Of a stretch of 64,000 nt of DNA, positions 11,842-24,102 are shown piece after piece. A program made the translations under genes and the position numbers. Under the pieces are notes generated by a model. That model worked only from the letters and a program-made list of their open reading frames with translations. It was not told the DNA's origin and ran no database searches. The stretch covers positions 85,961,912 to 86,025,911 of the forward strand of contig NC_068989.1 in the NCBI RefSeq assembly GCF_001194135.2, read 5' to 3'. Each line of letters starts with the position of its first letter. The first letter of the stretch is position 1. The DNA is from Octopus bimaculoides (Eukaryota).

Positions 11842-14115
11842 ATTTTTAATCACCAACCTCAGGAAGCAGGGAAAGGGGACATGTTTTTCAGTTTTGTTAT
11901 TGATGTAGTTGTCGGCAGTTATTCAGTTATTACATATGGATGACATATATACAACATACAAATTTATGGGAGGCGAAGGAGATATTGGAGCTAAAATCCT
12001 TATTCACTGGGTCAATAAATAATTGCAGAAGTTCCACATCCCATAATTATGCACACCTAAAGACAGTATAAAAAGGTATTTTTCTTCTTTGCTAGCTCTG
12101 GATGAAGGGTCAGTACTCATGGCCTGCCCCCACAGGCACTCTGAGTCATTTGAGATTGATGCTGTTGACATTCCACATAGACTGCAGGAAAGACATGTGC
12201 GTTCTGGGGAGGAAAGACGGGACACAGTGTCGAGTGATAAGAGGAGAGATGATTTAGTTGAGTGTTAGAGTGGCGGTGGCAGGAGACCAGCCAAATCCAA
12301 AGAGCAGAGATTACTGTAGAAGCAGTGGTAGAAAAGTGAGAGAGAGAGAGAGACAGAGACACACACAAATGGCATGTCTGTGGGATTGAGGTTGGAGCCT
12401 ATCTGTGAGTGACTTCACAATGAAGTCAAATGCTCTGGGATATCTGCATCTCTAACAATGACATCCTCACAGATATAGCAGTACTCCATTGTGAGTCTCA
12501 CCTAAGATTCAATAATTGTTGACAGCTTAAATATAAGGTGAAAACCAAAGGTAAAAGTCTTCCTCTTCTCCAACTGTGCTGCTGGATTTGTAACATGAAG
12601 CAAATGAGATAAATCTTAACCTGGACAAGAACACCTATTCCTATTGACAATTCGGTGGTAGGGGTTTAGCAGCCACAGTTATCTTTAAGTGAGTAGACTT
12701 CTCAAAAACAGTCCAGCTGTAGCATTCTGTCTGTTTTTAAGACATAATATACCAAAAACTGCATTATCTTATATAGACATCTAATTTGATGTGTAGAGAA
12801 TGATTTGTGTGAAAATGTGACTGCTATTTATAGCAAGTTTAATCTCCATGTATAAGCCCCCTTCTTTAGGTATGTGTGAAAGGTGGTAATGTAGAAGTGT
12901 TTAGAAACATACTGAAACACTTCAAGTGGATTTCAAATTAACTACAGTCTGGTAGTTCTGTACCTTATCTATTCAGCCAGCTGAAGTTTTTAAGTATTAT
13001 ATAAGATGTAGTAAATATCCCCTGGTCAGGACACCAATGTTTGGAAAGTAACATTCAAATGACAACGACTTAAGTGAACTATGTAGAATATTGTGAAGTT
13101 TGTGAAGAAACAATGGAAAGAAAAAAATAAAATCCCTGCAGCAGACATGAACCAAAGAGCCACAAGTTTGTATCACAGTACTCTAAGTCATCACCATGGA
13201 GCTTGCAGCCTTTACCAAAGGGGAGGCAACTTTACATTCTCTAGATCTTAGATGTGTTCTTGATGAATTGGGTGCTGCAGGCAGTTGAAACAGTCTCCAA
13301 TATTACTGTGTTCCAGCTGCCTTATGACACAACAGACTATACACATTGTTAACAGTTAAATGAGTTGGCTATGGACACAACGCAAGGGAAACGGTAAGAT
13401 ATAAGCTGCTAGCTCTTTTTGGATGGTTGTCCCTGTACCACTGTCAACTTGGGCCATCAGTACACTCAATTAGGAAATACTTATTAATCCATCTTTTCAG
13501 CTGAATTATCTAAGAACACCCACTTCCTTCCACCAATAATACACATCACAACATCCACTTAAACGGTAGATTCAATGAGGTCCCATATGAACAAACTCAC
13601 ACATAAATATATCTACATACTTATAAAAAAACCTACATACACACATACACAAAAATTATGGCTACCTCTCTTTCTCTTGCTTGATATTTAAACATTCATT
13701 AATGTGTATCCTATGTATACATGTATATACAATTGCATAAGCTTGTATATAGTGCTATGCATATTTGTGCACACAAAGCTGCAACCCTGCATCTTATACT
13801 AGCTTTAATCTGGGGAGAGAAACAAAACAACAACAAAAACTCCCAACAAAACCAAACTCCAGAAATACACTGATTGACTCAACTATTAAGAGCGTGTTGT
13901 GGCTCTTATCCCATATTTCCTGCTCTAGCAGTAAAGAGGAACAACACGAGGTTGGTGTGAATGTAAAGGTTAGTTAGGGTGAGAACCATGCATATATCTG
14001 CACCAGACATGGCTGCTTAATTATAAAAGAATTCCTGAAGACAGAAAGCAGTATAAGTTACATAATGTTATTGAGGTAGTGTCTGTGTGAGTATGGATCT
14101 ATATTAGTATTGTTG

Positions 14116-14186
<71 letters not shown>

Positions 14187-14307
14187 GCTAATTTCAAACA
14201 ATGAGAATGAGTGCATAACACTGCATTGGTGGACAAATATTCATCATTTGTGGGTTAATAACTATTAGTAGTCTTGTTTACCCACAAATAAAGTATATAT
14301 GTGTATG

Positions 14308-14339
<32 letters not shown>

Positions 14340-14785
14340 AATGTACACATGTACATACACACCACTATGGTATCATTATTAGTTGTTAATCACCATTGAA
14401 ACATTAATGTAAGAGGAAGTAATAAGATGGGGGTAGGGNNNNNNNNNNTCTAGCAGTAAAGAGGAACAACACGAGGTTGGTGTGAATGTAAAGGTTAGTT
14501 AGGGTGAGAACCATGCATATATCTGCACCAGACATGGCTGCTTAATTATAAAAGAATTCCTGAAGACAGAAAGCAGTATAAGTTACATAATGTTATTGAG
14601 GTAGTGTCTGTGTGAGTATGGATCTATATTAGTATTGTTGTTATTGTTGGTGTTGAGATGAACACAAAGAGTAGATTTTTAATAAAAAAAATAAAAATAA
14701 AAAGAGAAAAAAATGAGACCCCCACCCCACCCACTTCAGGAAAAAAATTGCAGATTTAGAAGAAAAAAAAAAAAGAAATGATTGG

Positions 14786-14883
14786 TCAGTAGAACTCAGA
14801 GTCCGAACTTTGGTAGGATTGATCTCGTCCATCATTTAGCATCTCTCCAAGGCTGTCGGCGCTACCAGCAGTCCTTGGAAGCA
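14786..14883 (-). CDS. ANKRD28: ANKRD28/44/52-family terminal exon (VLPRTAGSADSLGEMLNDGRDQSYQSSDSEFY*)
   Basis: Acceptor ctctctctttgcaaactctag. Phase 1 matches exon 29510-29632. The SDSEFY* end resembles the human ANKRD28 C-terminus DSDSETY* (recalled, not aligned). Confidence 0.8.
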
Positions 14884-16790
14884 CTAGAGTTTGCAAAGAG
14901 AGAGAGAAAGAAAGTGATAATTAGATTAGATATGAAATATTTCAACATTCATTGCAGAAACAAATATCAAAATAGTTAAGGAGGAGATGAAAACAACAAA
15001 TTTATAATAATGATCTCCCCACCTCCACTTACTTGAGGTGGAGGTGACTGGGTAAATAGATCTCCTTGTTACAGCAGGCATCCTGCAGCAAAAAATGCTT
15101 GTAATGGATCAGTTCCTGCCACATCACCACAAGAAAATCAACAACTAATTCAAGACAAACCTCAGTTTTTGAGAGCAGGTTGTAATTGATTAAAATCGAC
15201 CTTGGGTTTTAAACTCAGACTGTATGACTAAACACCACAAGGTATTTTCACCAGTGCTCTACAAGTTCTGTCATAAGATTGATTGAAACAATCCACCAAT
15301 AAATGTCTGGAATTTATTGACTCTTGATAGAAGAAAACGTTTTCATGGTTGGTTATTTTAAAATAGCTGACTGCAATTTAAGAATATTGTCTGATGTAAG
15401 TTATATTATTTAGAACAATTATGGCATAGATTAAAAAGTTTGGTTTAGCCACCATGGCTAAGGCCAAGCTAGAGCCCTGTCTGAAAATCAACAACTTCAA
15501 AAGAACAACCAGACAACCCTTCTCCCCAGATTTCACTGTTGAGGGGAGAAGTTTTATTGAAAGTCATGCAACAATCCATAAAAAAAACAAAAAAACAAAA
15601 ACGTAACAAGCAAAGAAAATAGAATTAAAAAAAAAAAGAAAAACATCTGACAAATCAAACAAGACATTTACTGCCACAATCCAGGTAAATATTTGAAATT
15701 GCAGAACTATTCAACCCATATTAACGCAGGCAGACTAATAAAACATGCCAAACCACATTTGTTTCCTGTTGCAGTGTGTGTGCGTGTGTGTGTGTTTAGA
15801 GTGGGAGAGAAATCAGGATATGAAACAACTACACAAATTTCATAGCATTTAATCCCTTGAAGTTGGGCAGGAGTAGATCTAGGTGGTTGTGTTAAATCTG
15901 AAATTAATCTAAGCCTGAGAAATTCTTGTGCAACATCAAACAGCCTCCATACAAGAATTTGAACCAGAACCAAGAGCTGCAAACCAGCACAGGACAGTTA
16001 CACATTGCAGCATCATTTCCGTAGTATCTATTTACAACTAAAAGGACTGGGGTCATTGGTCTGTATTTTCCCCCCTCACTGTACTTATTCACAGCCAGTC
16101 GGATTGAAGTAGGTCTGTTCCATAATCTTGGTCATTGCCAGCTAACTCAAGTATTTGATGTCCAGTCTTCACATTCCAATATTGAAGCTGTAACAGGTGT
16201 GTATGTGTTTGGTGTGTGCGTAGTGTGTACAGGATACACACTTTGACACTGTATACACATGATGTGTGTACATTCATACAATCGTCACCATTGTTTTAAT
16301 GTTCACTTCTCCATGCTACCATGAAACAAATGAAACTTCTTGAGGCAGTCTTTCTGCAGCCAGATACCTTAGCTCTCAACCATAACTTGTTGACAAGTGA
16401 AGTGCTATTTCTCCCAATCCTTCAGACAATGAACAACTCAATGGCCACACTTCCTCAGGAGATGTAAACAAAGACAACACTGTATAGACAGGGTCACTGG
16501 TTTTTGTGTAATGTGCAAGCATCAAGCCAACAGAAAGACACAAGCACACAGGTACACATACATATATATATGACAGGCTTCCTACAGTTTCCATCTGCTG
16601 ATTCCACTGACGAGCCATAGAAGACATCTGCCCACAGCATCATACAATAGGAATGATTTTGAAGCCATGTAATTGCTAAGTGAGAACTTAACCACATGGC
16701 TGAGGATGTGCTTGTGCACACAAACACACACACATAGGAGAGTATTGTAGTTTGCTTGAAGCATTGTGTATTGTTTGTGAAATATAACAT

Positions 16791-17099
16791 GTCTTGAATG
16801 GCACAACAATGCAGAGTGGACTATAATAACTGTTATAATTTAATTATTCATAGTCTGATATAATAACAATATTTCGGAATACAAAAATTCCGCCCTCAGA
16901 TATCACTAGGAATTAATCGAGTCACTGCTATAATTGGTTTTCAGTAACCATTGAAAAACCGATTATAGCAGTGACTCGATCAATTCCTAGCAATATCTGA
17001 AGAAGGAATTTTTGTATTCCAAAATATTATATCAGACTATGGATAATTAAATTACAACAGTTATTATAGTCCACTCTGCATTGTTGTGCCATTCAAGAC
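16791..17099. mobile_element. Foldback element, ~150-bp inverted arms, 8-nt spacer, hammerhead-like motif in each arm
   Basis: gtcttgaatggcacaacaatgcagagtggactataataac... is the reverse complement of ...gttattatagtccactctgcattgttgtgccattcaagac. Centre: ggttttca-gtaaccat-tgaaaaacc. Confidence 0.85.
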
Positions 17100-17101
17100 G
17101 G

Positions 17102-17140
<39 letters not shown>

Positions 17141-17319
17141 NNNNNNNNNNNNNNNNNNNNNNNNNNNNNNNNNNATATCATCATCATCGTCGTTTAACGT
17201 CCGCTTTCCATGGTAGCATAGGTTGGACGATTTGACTGAGGACTGGTGAACCAGATGGCTACACCAGGCTCCAATGGTGGTTGTCTAATCCTTATGCAGA
17301 GTTTGACCACCTTCTGTAC

Positions 17320-17511
17320 CTACACCTTAGAACCATCATGGCATCTGATGTGGCTTTTTAAACCAGACAATGTTCTGAAAAGACACCCACATAGATTGCA
17401 TATCCGATTTGGACCACCAAGAGCTGCAGTTAAGTTCTGATCTTAGTGGCTCTTAAAATGTCTTTTGAGGCCTCCGTTAGATTTGCAGACCTGGCATACA
17501 TGGCACTGAAA
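17320..17511 (-). mobile_element. Decayed tandem C2H2 zinc-finger coding relic, probably a LINE ORF C-terminus
   Basis: Translates to FQCHVCQVCKSNGGLKRHFKSH*DQNLTAALGGPNRICNLCGCLFRTLSGLKSHIRCHDGSKV*. The second finger is canonical C-x2-C-x3-F-x5-L-x2-H-x3-H. Internal stop; abuts a family-C repeat. Confidence 0.65.
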
Positions 17512-20500
17512 GGTGTGCACAGACATACAGGCAGAATATATAGCCAAATATTTATGCAGTAATCCACATCACACACACACAACCCTTCATAAACAAGATA
17601 TACAGAGATAATGTTAAGACGCCCGACTGATTGCAATCACTTTCTACGGAGGTACTTCCTAATGAAGAAATCAACATTTACCAGGACCTGGTGAGTTGCA
17701 AGGGCTGCACTGAAGGTTATTGCTAGCTTTGACATGGTTTCTACAGCTGGATGCTCTTCATAATGCCAACTGCTTCACAGGGAGTACCGGGTGTTTTATT
17801 GGTACCAATGGTTACTGCCTTGATTGTAGACACCACAATGACAGCTTATCATAAAGAATGACTGGCTAATATGTAGACATGTTATTTTTGTAAGCAACAA
17901 AGAGCACCTATGCTGCTATGAAGCTAGAATCAAAAAAACAAAACAAATAAACCAAAAAAAAAAAAGCCAAAGAAAAAAACCCACCAACAAAAAGCATAGC
18001 ATGCAGCTTAAGCAGAAAGCCAACAACATTTTATAGACAGCTCCAGAGCAGAATCAAAGTAATGTTCCTGCAATAAACCCAACACTGAACAATAGAGAAA
18101 GAGATACAAAGAGAGAAATATAAATGGTTAGTAGAATGAGTGAAGGACACGGCAGAATGGATAATTCTGTACTGAACTTGATCAAAGGAAACCTCACAGG
18201 CCCCTTAGGGGGAACTCTGTGCACGTACGTGCGCTAGGTTTGTGTATGCAATCAGCTGTGATGAATCGAAATAGAAATGCAAAATTATTTAACACTGGCG
18301 ATTATTATATCAGATGTAAGATATGTTGATGAATGCATATAATATAGGTTGGTACGCCACCTTATCTAATGCTTTAATTTAGTATTCATACAGAAAAAGG
18401 AAACAAGAAAATATTTATTTCTTTATTGCCCACGGGGGGGGGGGGACACAGAAGGGACAAACAAGGACAGACAAAAAGATTAAGTCGATTACATCGACCC
18501 CAGTGCATAACTGGTACTTATTTAATTGATCCCGAAAGGATGAAAGCAAAGTCGACCTTGGCAGAATTTGAACTCAGAACGTAACGCAGACGAAATACCG
18601 CTAAGAATTTTGTCTGACATGCTAGCAATTCTGCCAAGCTTGCAGCCCAAGAAAATATTAAAGTGGTGAGGAAGGTTTACTGCAGATGACAACTTGGACT
18701 TTTTCTGCCATCAAACATCACATGTTGGCAATCCAATATCTGTGCCTATACTGTTGCTAGGCCTTGACCGTCTGGTGTGTAACACACTAACCATATATCA
18801 GAGACAGTATATCAACTACAGCATGAACATTTTCCTTATCTACGAAGGACTATGTCCATGGTGTATATCTATGGTGTAAAGAGAGTTCTGGTGATTTAAG
18901 TGAACGATGGTCATTGCCAGTACCATGTAAGACACACCCAGTTCACTCTGTAAAGTGGTTGGTGCTTGGAAGGGTATCCAGCCACAGAAGCTAAGCCAAA
19001 TGGATGACTGAAATGAGGTGCAGCTTACCAGTTCCAGTCAAACCATCTAACCCATGCCAGCATGGAAAACAGATGCTAAACGATGATAATGATATATAAA
19101 ATCATCATTTAATGTTCGCTTTCCATGCCTGCATGGAACAGATGAGATTTGCTGAGACAGATTTTCTATGGCTGGGTGCTCTTCCTGTTGTCAACCCTCA
19201 CCTGTTTCCAAGCAGGGTAATATTTCCCACGTGGCCAGACATATTTTTCATGGAAGACTGGAAACAAACAATATGCTTGTTTATAGCCATCACATGATGT
19301 CAAGACAAGGGTATACACAAGCATCCACACACAATATAATATAATATATTAATTACAAACAAGAACACAGTATTTCGCTTTGCAACCACAATATACTAGA
19401 GTATATTAAAGGTTTACAAGTGAATATCATGTCCTACTTCTTGTGTTAGCAGTGCAATATTTTCAGTTTTAAGTGATAAACTAAAAATTTTCTACAGATT
19501 TCAGAGTCAGCACTTTAAGTTATGATGTTTTGTATACCATATGCTTAGACACACATGTGCACACATGCACACACACACACACACAGCAGGCTTCTTTCAG
19601 TTCCGTCTACCAAATCCACTCACAAGGCTTTAGTCAACTTGGGGCTATAGTTGAAGATACTTGCTGAAGGTGCCATGCAGTGGAACTGGACCTGGAAGAA
19701 TGTGACTGGGAAGCAAATTTGTTGAATATTGGTTTCAAATTTTGGCACAAGGCCAGCAATTTCAAGGGAGAGATTAAGTTGATGACATCAACCCCAGTGT
19801 TTCACTGGTACTTATTTTATCAACCCCGAAAGGATGAAAGGTAAAGTCGACCTCGGGAGAATTTTAATTCAGAATGTAAAGATGGACAAAATGCCACAAA
19901 GCATTTTACCTGGCATGGTAACGATTCTGCCCGTTCCACCACCTTAACTGGCACTCCAGTGGTTACAGCGACGAGCGTTCCAGTTGATGCAATCAACAGA
20001 ACAGCCTGCTTGTGAAATTAACGTGAAAGTGGCTGAGCACTCTACAGACACGCATACCCTTAATGTAGTTCTCAGGGAGATTCAGCATGACACAGAATGT
20101 GACAAAGCTGGCCCTTTGAAGTACAAGTACGACTCATTTTTGCTGGCTGAGTGGACTGGAATAATGTGAAATAAAGTGCCTTGTTCAAGGACACAACATG
20201 CTGCCTTATGATCGCCTTAAACTTGATGTTGATGGCAAAAATAATGCAGAAGACAAAGTGTAATTATTTGTTGAATTTTCAATGAGTGTACCTCATTGCT
20301 TCCACCAAAGGCATCATATAAACCCTGTTTTGAATCCCCAATTAGAACAAAGGTCCTGATGCCTGGGGGAAAAAAAAATAAAAGTAGTAAACGTATCAAT
20401 TTGAGTGGAATGGAGGGTGAAACATTGCTGTAGGACTCAATACTCAACACACAGAAGCCAGGATTGTGAGTTGAATACCTTGTGCTAAGCAGAAAGGCCT

Positions 20501-20684
20501 GAAGCATGAGGCAAGGTATTTTCTAGGGAGAAACCGTCAAATAATATCAATCCCAATAACCTGACTGTAATTTAATTTTAACAACATGAGAAGGATGAAA
20601 GGTAAAGACATATTCAAAAGCACTAGAAATAAACTCTAACACTCAAACGGTTCTGCCAATCAAATAATCATAATAACAATAATA

Positions 20685-21052
20685 ATAAAGAGTACTCAGA
20701 GAGCACAAACCTCCGCCAAGGCAACACCAACGTCCTCTCAACGAATAGCTAGAGGTGATTTTTAAAATGAGAATATCTGAAATAAACTTGACTGGTTTCA
20801 CAAATGAGAATACTAAAAAGGAACCCGACTGCTCTCAAAGGTTAAGTAAAAAAAAAAAAAAAAGGAATCCTGAATCCTTGTCTGGTACCAGATCAATCAC
20901 AAAATCTAATAAGTTTGTGCCAGTCACGAGGCCAAACATCTCTGAAAGTTTCATTCAAATCCATCCAGCAGTTCTTGAGATATCTTGTCTACGGACAAAC
21001 AAACAAACACAACTGAAAACAATATCTCCACCTTCGCTAAGGCGGAGGTAAT
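20685..21052 (+). mobile_element. Non-autonomous DNA element with subterminal inverted repeats (Helentron/HINE-like)
   Basis: acctccgcc near the 5' end, ggcggaggt at the 3' end, preceded by the short hairpin ccttcgctaagg. A second copy of the 3' part lies at 35800-35892. Confidence 0.55.
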
Positions 21053-22650
21053 GATAATGATAATGACCATCAAAAGTAGGTTTCTACAGATTAGATTCAC
21101 CAGGAACATAATGTGGTAAGTATATATGTATATAAATAGGACATCACATGGGACAAGATGATGAGGTGGGGGTGTCTGTCTGTGGCCAATCAGTCCAACG
21201 CATACTCAGAAGGCTCAGAGGAAGGTCAGGTATGGATGGTCTGTCATGGCTGAAGGCAAGGAGCTGGTTCTGGACTACTGTTTTCTTTGTGCCCTGCAAT
21301 CCTGTTCTGTTTGTAGGAGGTGGTACCTCTGTTGGTGCAGTTTCGCCAGGCAGAGCAGTCTTGTACTTGCATTTCCCAAGCGTTGGGCAAACTGTTGGTT
21401 AAATATTAGGATGGCAACAGAGAGGTGAAAGATATAATGTAGTTGAGACATGTCTCAGAAGGAAGACTGTCCTAAATCCCACCATGGGTTATCAAAGTGC
21501 AGAGTGTGTGTGTTTAGGCCACAAATGGGTGCAGTGAAGATGACGGTGTAGATACAGTGCAGAGCAGAGTGTGCACGAAAGTGGTTTACAACAACAAAGA
21601 TAGAAGTTTTGAGTGCGTGTCACAGAATATCTACAGATGAATAAGGGATGAGTGGTAGGAGACCAGAATGAGTGACATGGACATGATAAACGAGTGCAAT
21701 ATGGAGTAGAGTGAGGGAGGGGAGTGATGAATAAAACAGGTGAAACTCTTAGCACCTTCACTCACTGTCGCCGCTGAATGAAGGTGGTAAGAGTGAGTGA
21801 AACATTGAGTAGAGATGGAAAGGAGGAAAACTTGAAATTAATAAAGATAATTCATAAACACCATCAAAATAAATCCACCTTGTGTGTGGCCCTCATAAAA
21901 GAGCAGCTCTCCACTGAAGAAGGGCAGCCTTTTATCTAGTAACAAGTATGAAGGGTTTGCAAGCAGAATCACAGCCCCTCTGTAGAGTCAGAAGTTTTTA
22001 TTTTTTAAAAAAAGAAGTGGAAGGGGGGGGGAGGATGTCTGGGATTGATAGTTGCTGTTGTGACATGTGGATNNNNNNNNNNGATGTCTGGGATTGATAG
22101 TTGCTGTTGTGACATGTGGATGTTTGCATGTGTGGGTGTGGATGTGTGTATGCATGTTGATGTGCACGTGTGTGCATATGTGGGTGAACATTGTGTGTGT
22201 GTTTGTGGGAGAGTCAATGTGGATGTGTGGACGTGTGTGTGCATCCATGTACAATGTGTACGTGCATGTGTTAGTGTGCAGACACAGCAACATGTACACA
22301 GTTGTGTAGTAATGTATATATATATACTGTGTACACAGTAAGGATGAGGAGGAGGAAGAGGACAACAGAAAGAGAGAGAGTGTTTGTGTGTGTGTGTGTG
22401 CAGTAGGAGAGTGGGGAGGGAGAGAGAGAGAGAGAGATGACAAAATACACACTTGCCTACTATGGAGGGTTGGTTACCCTCTTTCCTGGATGTGGGTGAA
22501 CGGTGAGTAAAAAGCAAATATATAATAATAATGATAATAATAATAGAAATAATAATAATAATAAAAAAGCAGTAGACAATAAATCTGAAATTATACATAT
22601 GATAATTAACTAATTAGCAGTGTAGTAATGGGTGTATAGCTTATATTCAC

Positions 22651-22732
<82 letters not shown>

Positions 22733-24064
22733 GATACAGGAATTCATGCACACATACATGCATAGATTCTATTGTGGGTCGGCATCCACACAAATGCATG
22801 ATCATGTTTGTTGGATTGGCCGTTATAAAAATGTCACTGAGAAAGTGTCCCCCTCTGAGGGGGGGGGAAGGAGAGGAATGTATAGAGCCTGTGTAAGGGT
22901 GGGAGTGAAAGTGGGAGGGTCAATAATAGCAGTGAATGGAAGAAGCGAGTCATTTCTACCTTTAAGTCAATCATTGAAAGGTTGAGGACACAAAAGTTGT
23001 GGGTACACAAAAATTGCTGTGATTTAATAACTATTTGGTTGTAACAGGAGAACGGCACCTGGTCGTAACCGGGGAACGACACCTGGTACTAACAGAGAGT
23101 GGCACCTGGTTGTAAGAATTGTAAACATATTTGGTTGAAAGAAGAATGGTTTTGTGTGAAAAAGGTAAACATGGCCACTTTCTAACAGTGTGTAAGAGGT
23201 ACTATTTCATAGTGAAGTATCTGTTGTTAGGAAATCAATGGTTTAGATGTAACAGATAAACAGAGTAGCTAATAGTTTGAGAAAACTGAATCAGTAATGA
23301 AAGACTGTTTCAAAGGTAAATGACGAGACTCATGGGGGGAGCTATTTTTAGTAGTGATAAACCAAAGAAGAACTGCAATGGCATGGTCATAGCTATCTTA
23401 GAAACTGGTGTCTTAAAGATGATGCAATGGAAAATGAGACTGTGTTGTGAATCTGTCCAATGCAGAAAAGCATATGCGAAACATATTATGAAATACATAT
23501 AGTGCGCGCGCGCGTGTGTGTGTGTGTGTGTTAAAATATATTTTATATAGTGCAAGCATTATCTGATATAGAACTCAATACATCCAGTAGAGTGGATACG
23601 CAGTAGTGAGTTGCCCAACTTGAGGCAAGACTCAAAGTAAACTGTCAACCGTTTATATAATACAATACATACATACATTCATTGCATACTTACATGCATA
23701 TACAAGTGTGTCTGTGTGTCTGTGTGTTTTGCATGATATTCAAAATACTTTTTTCCTTGGACATAGTTATGATTGAATAATTTTTAATTTCTTGTTGCAT
23801 TCTCAATGAGAGATACTGAAGATATGCATAAATATATGTACAGGCTTGTACATACCCTTATATCATCATCATCATTTAATGTCATTTTCCAAGCTGGCAT
23901 AGACTTAGACAGTTTGACAGGAGCTGGGAAGCCGCTGAGAGCAACAACAGGCTCCAATTGTCTGTTTTGGCATGATTTCTATGGTTGGATGCCCTTCCTA
24001 ATGCCAACCACTTTACAGAATGTACTGAGTACTTTTCATGTGGCACCATAAAAAAGTATCCATG

Positions 24065-24102
<38 letters not shown>

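Noticed and set aside
13924-14645. Near-identical ~190-bp direct duplication (13924-14113 and 14449-14640)
   Set aside because: The second copy starts exactly at a 10-N gap. The same pattern occurs at 22040/22083, 36912/36949, 62038/62119 and 62297/62341, so these are most likely unmerged contig overlaps.
23041-23111. Three to four 24-bp repeats (gtaacaggagaacggcacctggtc) that superficially resemble CRISPR
   Set aside because: Units are contiguous with no unique spacers, there are no cas genes, and the context is eukaryotic. It is a short minisatellite.
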